From Candidatus Saccharimonadales bacterium (GTDB lineage: Bacteria; Patescibacteriota; Saccharimonadia; Saccharimonadales; EFPC-124), in contig DATEFB010000017.1 of the NCBI GenBank assembly GCA_035280845.1, forward strand, positions 1-61,871: a stretch of DNA of 61,871 nucleotides. The letters run 5' to 3'. The notes below the pieces were generated by a model. That model had not been told where the DNA came from. It worked only from the letters and a program-made list of their open reading frames with translations, and made no database searches. The position numbers and the translations under genes are program-made. Positions 54,246-61,701 of this stretch are shown one piece after another. How positions within the stretch are numbered: position 1 is the stretch's first letter; each line of letters starts with the position of its first letter.

Positions 54246-55157
54246 GTGGGTGTAACAATTCGACAAATCAGAGACAACTGCGTACGGGCACGGCACCTTA
54301 TGCACCGCAGCCGGACGCAGCACTTTGCTGTTGGCGCGTTTAATATTGATAACCAGGAAACTCTCATTGCGGTGTGCCGCGCGGCGCAATCCCAAAAGTC
54401 GCCTGTTCTGGTAGAGGTAAGTGACGGTGAAGTGAAGGCACTTGGCCTCGACAACATCCGTGACATGGTAGATAACTATAAGCGCGAATATGGCGTTGAG
54501 ATGTACGTGAACCTGGACCACAGCCCTACGGTCGAAGACGCCAAACGTGGCATAGACGCTGGCTTTGAATTTATTCACATCGATGTCAGCCAGGCACGGC
54601 ACGATGCCACCGACGAAGAGATCGTTAATGCCACAAAAGAGGTCGTGGAGTACGCAAAAATCACGGGAGCATTGGTAGAAAGCGAGCCTCACTACTTTGG
54701 AGGCAGCTCGAATGTCCACACCGAAGATATAGATTACGATGAAATTAGGAAAACATTCAGCACGCCAGAAGGCGCCAGGCATTTTGTAGATGCAACCGGC
54801 ATCGACACATTTGCGGCGGCGATCGGCAACCTGCACGGTAAGTATCCAGTACCAAAGCAGCTCGATTTAGAGCTGTTGCAGCGTATCCGCGAAGCCATCG
54901 ACTGCCAAATCAGCCTGCACGGCGGCAGCGGCACGCCAGGCCATTACTTTAAAGAAGCTGCCAAGATCGGTGTCAGCAAAATCAACATCAACTCAGATAT
55001 GCGGTTTGTATTCCGTACCACCCTCGAGAAAGTGCTCGCCGACAACCCCGACGAATATGCCGTCGTAAAGCTTATGCCAACAGTCTACGAGGCTGTACAA
55101 AAGATCGTCGAAGAAAAGATCGAAACGTTCGGTTCTGCCGGAAAAGCTATTCTTTAG
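54246..55157 (+). CDS. fba: class II fructose-bisphosphate aldolase
   Basis: FAVGAFN, NLDHS, IHIDVS and SLHGGSG. Confidence 0.9.
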   Translation: MGVTIRQIRDNCVRARHLMHRSRTQHFAVGAFNIDNQETLIAVCRAAQSQKSPVLVEVSDGEVKALGLDNIRDMVDNYKREYGVEMYVNLDHSPTVEDAKRGIDAGFEFIHIDVSQARHDATDEEIVNATKEVVEYAKITGALVESEPHYFGGSSNVHTEDIDYDEIRKTFSTPEGARHFVDATGIDTFAAAIGNLHGKYPVPKQLDLELLQRIREAIDCQISLHGGSGTPGHYFKEAAKIGVSKININSDMRFVFRTTLEKVLADNPDEYAVVKLMPTVYEAVQKIVEEKIETFGSAGKAIL

Positions 55158-55590
55158 GATTGGTGTATGCAAGCCAGGCTTGTTGCAACATGGGCCGGTC
55201 AGCAAACGGCTCTTGTATGTGCAGCTCGTCGCTATCCTGATCGGTGTCCACTACAACCATAGTGCGGAGTACGGCAAGCGCGGTTCGTTCTGGCACGGTC
55301 CATTGTTCGTGCATGGCATCTAAATCGAAAATTGGCGACATGAGCGTTTCGTTGACGCGTCGCATCGCGAACTCGCCCTCGGGGTCATCAGGGTGCGCAC
55401 AGTCTTTTACATATTCGTCGAGTTCGTCTATGCGGAGGCGCATTTGCAGCACCATGCCAAGGCGGTTGGGGATACGGCCGCTGCTCAAAGCCTGGTAAAT
55501 GCCCACCATGGTTTTAAAGGCCTCCTGGGGTGATACCCATGTGCCGTCGAGTAAGCGGGCCTGTTCGGTCGTGCGCTCGTGTTCAATCAC
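55147..55590 (-). CDS. hypothetical cytoplasmic protein (minus-strand orphan inside the carbon-metabolism block)
   Basis: 147 aa, acidic, no family recognised. 11-nt convergent overlap with fba. Confidence 0.5.
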   Translation of the reverse strand: MIEHERTTEQARLLDGTWVSPQEAFKTMVGIYQALSSGRIPNRLGMVLQMRLRIDELDEYVKDCAHPDDPEGEFAMRRVNETLMSPIFDLDAMHEQWTVPERTALAVLRTMVVVDTDQDSDELHIQEPFADRPMLQQAWLAYTNPKE

Positions 55591-55650
55591 AGTACTGTAA
55601 GGATACCAGCCTCTCGTGCAAGTACAAGCATAAGTGCTATACTGGCCGTA

Positions 55651-56619
55651 ATGAGCAGTGATTTAAAGATGCTTGCCATCGGTGCGGCAACACAGGATGT
55701 CTTTTTGCAGGGCGGCACTGTTTTTAAGCCAACCCTTGAAGACGGCGTTAGTTACGAGCATCTGCCCCTGGGCGCAAAGCTGAGTGTCGACGACATGGTA
55801 TTTGCTACTGGGGGCAACGCGTTAAACGCTGCCACAACGTTTGCCCGACAGGGTATGCAGACGTATTTTATGGGGGTTGTTGGCACTGAGCCAGCAGGGG
55901 AAGTTGTTATGCGGACCCTCGACGAAGAAGAGATTGATACCCGATATGTCCGCCAGTCTGACGCCTACCGTACCAGCTACAGTACTGTACTGCTGGCGCC
56001 AACGGGTGAGCGCACGATTTTAACCTACCATGGCAGTAAGTTGCTGCCAGACGGTTCTAATATTACGCTTGAGGCTGTGGCCGAAGCTGATTGGCTGTAC
56101 TTGTCTTCTGTTGATTCAATGGAACTCCTCGAAAAGATTGTCAGTGTAGCCGCCAAACATGGCACCAAGGTTGCAATTAACCCTTCTGGTCGCGAGCTGG
56201 CCCAGGCCGATAAGCTACGTTCCATTTTAGATGACGTTGCCGTGTTACTGACCAACAAGGAAGAAATGGCCCAAATTGTAGATGGCAAGACTACCGAAGA
56301 GTTGCTTCGCCGCGCCGCCCATATTACCGAAACGGTTGTTATTTCCGATGGCCCGAACGGTGTGCTCGCCACCGATGGCAAAAAGCTTGTGAAGGCGGGT
56401 ATGTACGAAGATGTAAAAGTCATCAGCCGTCTGGGCGCTGGCGATGCTTTTGGTTCGGGGTTCGTTGCGGCATACGCCCAGGCCAAACCGCTCGAAGAAG
56501 CAGTGACGTTTGCCAGTGCAAATGCAACCTCAGTCGTGCAACACATTGGCGCAACTGTGGGTATTCTGCACAAACACGCCGCAATACATTCTATGCCTCT
56601 CGAAGTCACCGACCTGTAG
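55651..56619 (+). CDS. PfkB-family carbohydrate kinase
   Basis: Start trimmed to MSSDLKMLAIGA. Motifs are GGNALNAA and GAGDAFGSGF. Confidence 0.85.
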   Translation: MSSDLKMLAIGAATQDVFLQGGTVFKPTLEDGVSYEHLPLGAKLSVDDMVFATGGNALNAATTFARQGMQTYFMGVVGTEPAGEVVMRTLDEEEIDTRYVRQSDAYRTSYSTVLLAPTGERTILTYHGSKLLPDGSNITLEAVAEADWLYLSSVDSMELLEKIVSVAAKHGTKVAINPSGRELAQADKLRSILDDVAVLLTNKEEMAQIVDGKTTEELLRRAAHITETVVISDGPNGVLATDGKKLVKAGMYEDVKVISRLGAGDAFGSGFVAAYAQAKPLEEAVTFASANATSVVQHIGATVGILHKHAAIHSMPLEVTDL

Positions 56620-56649
56620 GCAAGAAGCTTATGCTACTATAGAAGTAAT

Positions 56650-57891
56650 ATGTCATTTTTACGCGATCTTCTGAATGCAAAGGAACCGCTCTTTAGCCAG
56701 GCCTTAAAGCAGCTAGAGCAAGCCAGCCACCAACCTGGCGCCGACGCCAAATTAATTGGCGATATCCACCAAAAAGCTACGACGGCTATGCGCGCCCTGG
56801 GTCTGGACGAAAAAGACACCACTGGTCCCGAGCTCTACCATGCACTGAACGCTAAAATCAAAGAGCACGACGAGCATTTGGCAAAAAGCATTGGTGGCAG
56901 TTACAACCAAACTGTCCAAGAGCTATTGCCACTTATGAAAGAGGCCGCCGAAAAAGTGAAAGTCCCGCGCGGTTGTTGGGTTCTTAAAAAAAGTGTCGCC
57001 AAAGATATGTTGCGTCAGATGCCGCCTCAGAACATCATGAAAATGCTGGGCTACCGTTCGATCGACAGTATGCTCAAGCGCGAGAACCTGGCCGAGATTT
57101 ATGGGGCACTGCGTTTTGCCGAAGACCCAGCATGGTTGAACAGCTTTAACGAAAAGTACAAAACACTTCAGCCTAGCGATTTTGAAACGCGCAAAATCGA
57201 AATTGTCATTATGCCGCGCGACCGGTGGGGTGATATTGCCGAGCACTTTATCGAGAAGAAGCGCCATAACATTACGCACTTAAAAGAGCTGGGTGTCATT
57301 TTAATGCTGCCCGTGAAGGCCGATACGCTGCCTGGTATTACCGTGTGGGTGATGTCGCTATTATTCCATTACACGAACGAAATCCGTCTGTACAGCGCCT
57401 ATTTTAAGCTGCAACAAGTCAAAAAGGATTTTGGTGAGATTTTAAGCCACACGCTCATTGCCGATCCCGACTTAGGGCCGGTCATGGCTGGCCAGAACAT
57501 CCACTGGCGTGTTATTCAGCGCTATTTTGGTAAGCTCGAGACAGAAGTCCACCCAGAGATTTTTGAGCCGCACGTCCAGCCCGAAGACCTGCACTGGCGC
57601 CGCGCCGAAGAAGTGCTCTACGACATTGACCCTGAGCTTGAATTCTGGCGTGACCTCGATTATGTCGGGCTTATGTTCGAGGACCGTCCGCTGCCATTTA
57701 ACATGATGGACGTTGCCGCCAGCTATTGTAACAACACGCCCTACGAAAAGCGCACTATTTACCATTTCCGAGAGAGTCTGTGGAACGAGGTCTTTATGCG
57801 CTACATGGGGCAAAAAACGCTCCAGGACCAGGTTCTTAAACAGCTCGACAACGAGATGATTGCCCCCGAGAGACTCGGTAAGGTAAAGTAA
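56650..57891 (+). CDS. conserved-looking hypothetical protein
   Basis: 413 aa, soluble, no family recognised. Ends 4 nt before the next gene. Confidence 0.5.
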   Translation: MSFLRDLLNAKEPLFSQALKQLEQASHQPGADAKLIGDIHQKATTAMRALGLDEKDTTGPELYHALNAKIKEHDEHLAKSIGGSYNQTVQELLPLMKEAAEKVKVPRGCWVLKKSVAKDMLRQMPPQNIMKMLGYRSIDSMLKRENLAEIYGALRFAEDPAWLNSFNEKYKTLQPSDFETRKIEIVIMPRDRWGDIAEHFIEKKRHNITHLKELGVILMLPVKADTLPGITVWVMSLLFHYTNEIRLYSAYFKLQQVKKDFGEILSHTLIADPDLGPVMAGQNIHWRVIQRYFGKLETEVHPEIFEPHVQPEDLHWRRAEEVLYDIDPELEFWRDLDYVGLMFEDRPLPFNMMDVAASYCNNTPYEKRTIYHFRESLWNEVFMRYMGQKTLQDQVLKQLDNEMIAPERLGKVK

Positions 57892-57895
57892 AAGC

Positions 57896-58498
57896 ATGAG
57901 CAAGTACCAAATCTGTGTGTCCGGAGCCGCTGCCGGTGAAACTGTTGAAACCTCGCACTTGCTGGCGTATGCCTTGGGCGCTGCAATCGCAAAAGCTGGC
58001 CATACACTCACTACTGGCGCTACCGTTGGATTGCCACAGTATGCAGCCCGGGGCGCGAAAGACAACGGCGGTTTGTCGATCGGATTCTCGCCCGCCAGCA
58101 CCATACGCGAGCACGTTAAGTCCTACCGACTGCCCGTAAAAGAATTTGATTACATTAACTTTACGAACATGGATTACGTAGGGCGTGACGTCTATTTGGT
58201 TCGCTCCAGCGATGCCGTTATAACCGTTGGTGGCCGTATGGGCAGCTTGCACGAATTCGTTACAGCGATTGAAGGCCATGAATTCTGCGCCGTGCTACTA
58301 GGTAGCGGTGGTCTGGCTGACTTTATTCCGACAATTGTCGATCGTTTGCCGGTTCCGGCTGGCACTAAGATTATTTACGATACCGACCCGGAGCGCCTGG
58401 TGAAGCAAGTCATTGAGGTACTCGACGAAAAATACGCCGATATTAAAGATGCGATTGAAAGTCTCGAGAAGCGCCCCAAAAAGACTGGGCGCGGCTAA
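57896..58498 (+). CDS. TIGR00725/LOG-like (SLOG superfamily) Rossmann-fold protein
   Basis: ICVSGAA..GHTLTTGATVG..VITVGGRMGSLHEF matches the LOG/TIGR00725 pattern. Confidence 0.75.
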   Translation: MSKYQICVSGAAAGETVETSHLLAYALGAAIAKAGHTLTTGATVGLPQYAARGAKDNGGLSIGFSPASTIREHVKSYRLPVKEFDYINFTNMDYVGRDVYLVRSSDAVITVGGRMGSLHEFVTAIEGHEFCAVLLGSGGLADFIPTIVDRLPVPAGTKIIYDTDPERLVKQVIEVLDEKYADIKDAIESLEKRPKKTGRG

Positions 58499-58526
58499 AA
58501 AAACACCAGCGGTTGCTGGTGTTTTT
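58497..58526. terminator. bidirectional intrinsic terminator (backbone type)
   Basis: AAAAAAACACCAGC-GGTT-GCTGGTGTTTTT. Confidence 0.8.
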
Positions 58527-58542
58527 GATTGCGGGTAGGGGT

Positions 58543-58571
58543 GGCGGGGGCCCGAGTATAAGACCCCCGCC
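58543..58571 (-). terminator. GC-rich stem-loop 3' of island gene F
   Basis: GGCGGGGG-13 nt-CCCCCGCC, 22 nt beyond the stop at 58594-58596. Confidence 0.5.
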
Positions 58572-58593
58572 TGCGCCGTAGCGCGGTTGTGCG

Positions 58594-59157
58594 TCAGCCC
58601 TGGGCGGTTGCCGGGGTGTTCAGGTTATGCTCCTCCATCAGCTTGATGAAGGTCGGGTAGTCGAGCAGCTCCTCGGCAGCGAAGGCCTCGGGGAGCGTGT
58701 CATGCACCACCCCTTCCGGGTTGGTGTAGGACGTGACGACGAAGCCGTTCTTGGCCTCCACCAGTGTGGCCGCGCCGCTCTCGTCGCCGATGTGCACGAC
58801 GATCTCGACCGTCAGCTTGTCGTCCTCGGTGATGTCGAGCACGGTGTCATCTGTGAACGGCCATTCGGCCACGCGCAGGTTCTCGATGAACTCCGCCTCT
58901 TCACGGACTTCGCCGATGGTGCGCGGTTCGTCCAGCTCCGCGCTCAGTGCCTTCGGGCCGTCAATACTGGGGAAGCCGGGAACGATGCCGCTGAGCAGCT
59001 TGGTGAGCTGTGCCACGGCGGCCTGTGGGTCGTCCGTGTCGAGGCTGAGCCGCCGAACGACGGTGGTGCGCCTCAGCTTGCGAAGCAGGGCGACAGCCGA
59101 CGTTGTTGCGCCGCCTACCACGACTGCGGCAAGCAGGAGCTTGGTGCCTTTTCGCAT
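58594..59157 (-). CDS. membrane-anchored hypothetical protein (high-GC array gene F)
   Basis: Start trimmed to MRKGTKLLLAAVVVGG (SD GAGGAAA, 5-nt spacer). 187 aa with an N-terminal TM and an acidic ectodomain. TGGTATATA lies at 59210-59218 (minus). Confidence 0.55.
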   Translation of the reverse strand: MRKGTKLLLAAVVVGGATTSAVALLRKLRRTTVVRRLSLDTDDPQAAVAQLTKLLSGIVPGFPSIDGPKALSAELDEPRTIGEVREEAEFIENLRVAEWPFTDDTVLDITEDDKLTVEIVVHIGDESGAATLVEAKNGFVVTSYTNPEGVVHDTLPEAFAAEELLDYPTFIKLMEEHNLNTPATAQG

Positions 59158-59230
59158 CTGTTTCCTCGATCCATCGGTGGGTGATGCTGCGCACATGACG
59201 CCCATACTTTATATACCAGTATTGCCAATA

Positions 59231-59258
59231 AAACAAATCACCAGCCGAATGACTGGTG
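59231..59258 (-). terminator. intrinsic terminator 3' of array gene G
   Basis: On the minus strand: CACCAG-8 nt-CTGGTG followed by ATTTGTTTTATT. Confidence 0.5.
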
Positions 59259-59335
59259 GCAGTGATTGGATTGGACGGCCGGAGCCCTCGTAATGAGGAC
59301 CCCGACCTAGCGCCCGGTCGTGAAGTGCTGCGTCG

Positions 59336-59707
59336 TCAGCCGGCGACGGCGGGCGTGCGCAGCAGGGTGGAGACGGTGTTCTGACTGGTGATCCGCTGCT
59401 GGGCGGACTCGGGGAGCGGCCTGCGGGTGCCGTCGGCCTCGACGAGGCTCTGGGAGACCCAGCCCTCGCGACCGAAGACGGCTCCCACGTAGCGGTCACC
59501 GTCGCCGGGGATGTCGGCCCCGAGCGCCGGCTTGCGGCCCACGCGGGCCAGGCGGAACTGGGCGCCGTCCGGCTGGATGCCGGCCGCGGCCAGGCTCTTG
59601 CGGGCGTCGTCCATGTGCCCGTCGAGCCGACGCTTGCCGGCACGGACCGCGACGGCACCGACTCCGGCGCCGACGGCGATTCCGAGGAACAGAAGTTTCC
59701 GATTCAC
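59336..59707 (-). CDS. membrane-anchored small protein (high-GC array gene G)
   Basis: 123 aa with a GTG start, SD GGAG (6-nt spacer) and an N-terminal TM (LLFLGIAVGAGVGAVAV). The juxtamembrane motif RKSLAAAGIQPDG resembles RRDLVAAGFTDD in H. TGATATAAT lies at 59773-59781 (minus). Confidence 0.5.
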   Translation of the reverse strand: MNRKLLFLGIAVGAGVGAVAVRAGKRRLDGHMDDARKSLAAAGIQPDGAQFRLARVGRKPALGADIPGDGDRYVGAVFGREGWVSQSLVEADGTRRPLPESAQQRITSQNTVSTLLRTPAVAG

Positions 59708-59819
59708 GTGTTACTCCAGTTTCGTGCGTGCGCAGATGCGCTTTGAACGGTTTGGAAAAGGCGCTGGCGGCCATTATATCAAAGTTTTGTCAAAATCATG
59801 AAATCGCTACAAATGGAGA

Positions 59820-59843
59820 GGCGGGCCCACGATGGGGCCCGCC
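59820..59843 (-). terminator. GC-rich stem-loop 3' of array gene H (GGCGGGCCC type)
   Basis: GGCGGGCCC-6 nt-GGGCCCGCC, with conserved flanks shared with the elements at 60493 and 61179. Confidence 0.6.
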
Positions 59844-59870
59844 GTTGTGCTGTCTCCGAGCTGACTGTGG

Positions 59871-60377
59871 TCAGCCTGTCTGTTCGGGTGCGAAGCAGGG
59901 GAACGACGACCGGTACTGTGCCAGGTAGTCGTACACCTGGGCGCGGGTCGGGTGCGACCGGCCGAAGGGCTGGCGGTCGCGGCCCGGCTGGGTGGCGTCG
60001 ATGCCGTCGGGGTCGTCCCCGATTTGCACCTCGTCGAACTTGTAGAACTTGACCACCTCCACGCCGCCGCTGAACACGGGCTCAGCCAAGGCGGTGGTGC
60101 CGTCGCGCTCCAGTTCGATGGGGCAGTTGCCCACCCTGGTGGTGGCGTCGATCTCCTCGCTGTCGCCCTGTTCGGTCTTCCAGCCCACCTGAAGCGTTGC
60201 GTCGTCGGTGAAGCCGGCGGCCACGAGGTCGCGACGGAACTCGTCCACAGCTTCGGCGCGGTCCCGCTCCTGGCCGGCGTTGTAGGCGCGTACTCCGGCG
60301 ATGATGCCGAACGTAGCGCCTGCCGCCAACCCCAGAACGAGCAGGGTGATCAGTGCGCGTTTGACGGGTTTGGGCAT
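59871..60377 (-). CDS. membrane-anchored two-Cys ectodomain protein, paralog 1 (array gene H)
   Basis: Start trimmed to MPKPVKRALITLLVLGL (SD GGGAG). 168 aa. Clear paralogy to gene I (FRRDLVAAGF, GNCPIELER, YKFDEV, QVYDYLA, PCF). Confidence 0.65.
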   Translation of the reverse strand: MPKPVKRALITLLVLGLAAGATFGIIAGVRAYNAGQERDRAEAVDEFRRDLVAAGFTDDATLQVGWKTEQGDSEEIDATTRVGNCPIELERDGTTALAEPVFSGGVEVVKFYKFDEVQIGDDPDGIDATQPGRDRQPFGRSHPTRAQVYDYLAQYRSSFPCFAPEQTG

Positions 60378-60455
60378 TGCAAACTCCCGAGTGAGTGTGT
60401 GGTGTGAGCAGCACACAAATTATACAACTTTATTTATAAAAGTAAAATGGCTAAC

Positions 60456-60512
60456 AAAAAAACGCCCTAAGGCGCGTCATTTCGGGGGAGGTGCGGGCCC
60501 TTGCGGGCCCGC
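60456..60512 (-). terminator. tandem terminators 3' of array gene I (GCGGGCCC stem-loop plus short hairpin with T7 run)
   Basis: GCGGGCCC-TTGC-GGGCCCGC at 60493-60512. On the minus strand this is followed by CGCC-TTAG-GGCG-TTTTTTT (60456-60474). Confidence 0.6.
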
Positions 60513-60557
60513 GGTGGTGCTGTCCTCCGATGTGCGGGGTGGCGCTGGTGACTTCGG

Positions 60558-61082
60558 TCAGTTCTTCGCGGCGTTGGCGGCGAAGCACCGGGTGAAGTTG
60601 TTGGCGGCGAGGTAGTCGTAGACCTGCTCGCGGGACGGGTTCGGCGTCGTGAACTTGGCGCGGTTGCCCTCGCCGTCCTCCACGTCGACACCGTCGTCGT
60701 CGGAGCCGTCGTTGACCTCGTCGAACTTGTAGGCGCGGACGCCCGGCTTCCCGTTCACGACGGGGGCGCGGTCGTAGGCCGCGTCCTCGGTGCGCTCCAG
60801 CTCCAGGCGGCAGCCGCCCACGGTGGCGACGGCGTCCAGCTCGGACTCGGTCTTGGACGTCTTGCACGTACCGTTCTTGTTCTTCTTGGTGCAGGTCGTC
60901 TCGTCCTTCCACTCGGCGTCGGCGTTGAAGCCGGCGTCGCGGAGGTCGCGCTCGAACTGCGCCTCGGCGGCGTTGCGGCCGCGGAAGTGGTCGTAGATGG
61001 CGTAGCCGATGCCGCCCACGCAGAGCAGGGCGACGACGACGACCACGACCACGACCAGGACGGGGGAACGACGCTGGGACAT
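60558..61082 (-). CDS. membrane-anchored Cys-containing ectodomain protein, paralog 2 (array gene I)
   Basis: 174 aa with SD GAGGAG (6-nt spacer) and a poly-Val TM. Motifs are FERDLRDAGF, GGCRLELER, YKFDEV, QVYDYLA and RCF. Overlapping ORFs 60451..61140 and 60755..61144 are Arg/Pro-rich artefacts. Confidence 0.65.
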   Translation of the reverse strand: MSQRRSPVLVVVVVVVVALLCVGGIGYAIYDHFRGRNAAEAQFERDLRDAGFNADAEWKDETTCTKKNKNGTCKTSKTESELDAVATVGGCRLELERTEDAAYDRAPVVNGKPGVRAYKFDEVNDGSDDDGVDVEDGEGNRAKFTTPNPSREQVYDYLAANNFTRCFAANAAKN

Positions 61083-61178
61083 GATGCACTCCTCGAGTGA
61101 TCGGAATGGGTACAGCGTGCATATAATACAATGTTAACAAACAAAATGCAATAGTTTTATGTCATCAAAAATGGAAGA

Positions 61179-61196
61179 GCGGGCCCGAAGGCCCGC
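61179..61196 (-). terminator. GC-rich stem-loop 3' of array gene J (GCGGGCC type)
   Basis: GCGGGCC-CGAA-GGCCCGC, 22 nt beyond the stop. On the minus strand it is followed by TCTTCCATTTTTGAT. Confidence 0.6.
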
Positions 61197-61218
61197 AGTG
61201 TTATCTCCCGTCTGTTGG

Positions 61219-61701
61219 TTACGGCTTGCATGGAGAGCCGTTTTTCTTGAGGTGCGCCTGTACCTCGGCGGGTGATGGATTGGCGGTGTTGAGGGCATAT
61301 TTCACCATCTTGCCACCTTGTTTCACCTCATCGAGCTTGTACTTCACCGCTGTGCCCGAAGGCATGGCTGGCGCAACTTGCTGCGCCGGCGAGAGCACAC
61401 CGACGATCCACTTTATGCCGACGGTGCATGACCCTACCTCACCGGTCGCTTCGACCTTGAACTTGCCACCTTCGACGGCCGTTGTTGCCTGGAAACCCTC
61501 GTAGCCGCGTGCCTTGAGTGCATTCAGCAGGGCGCCCTTGTATGCCTCGCCTCCGGCAGCAGGTGCTTCGGTAGGCGCGCTAGAAGGGGGCGGGACAGAG
61601 GTGGCGCAATACGCCAGCGCGAACGACAAAAGGCCGAGCGCCAGGAAGGCCAACAGCCCCGTTCCCAACAGGCTCAAAAGATGTCTGAGCTGCTTCTTCA
61701 T
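61219..61701 (-). CDS. membrane-anchored two-Cys ectodomain protein, paralog 3, lower G+C (array gene J)
   Basis: Start trimmed to MKKQLRHLL (SD GAAGGG, 6-nt spacer). 160 aa with a TM and a Pro/Ser/Ala linker. The motifs GSCTVGIKW, VKYKLDEV, PSPAEVQAHL and SPCK align with H and I. Confidence 0.6.
   Translation of the reverse strand: MKKQLRHLLSLLGTGLLAFLALGLLSFALAYCATSVPPPSSAPTEAPAAGGEAYKGALLNALKARGYEGFQATTAVEGGKFKVEATGEVGSCTVGIKWIVGVLSPAQQVAPAMPSGTAVKYKLDEVKQGGKMVKYALNTANPSPAEVQAHLKKNGSPCKP

Noticed and set aside
59209-61144. Numerous overlapping ORFs in the five-gene array (for example 59209..59658, 59496..59774, 60082..60414, 60451..61140, 60755..61144, and the plus-strand 59952..60407)
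   Set aside because: These are Arg/Pro-rich frames without start-site signals. The chosen frames have TM anchors, SDs, and mutual paralogy for H, I and J.
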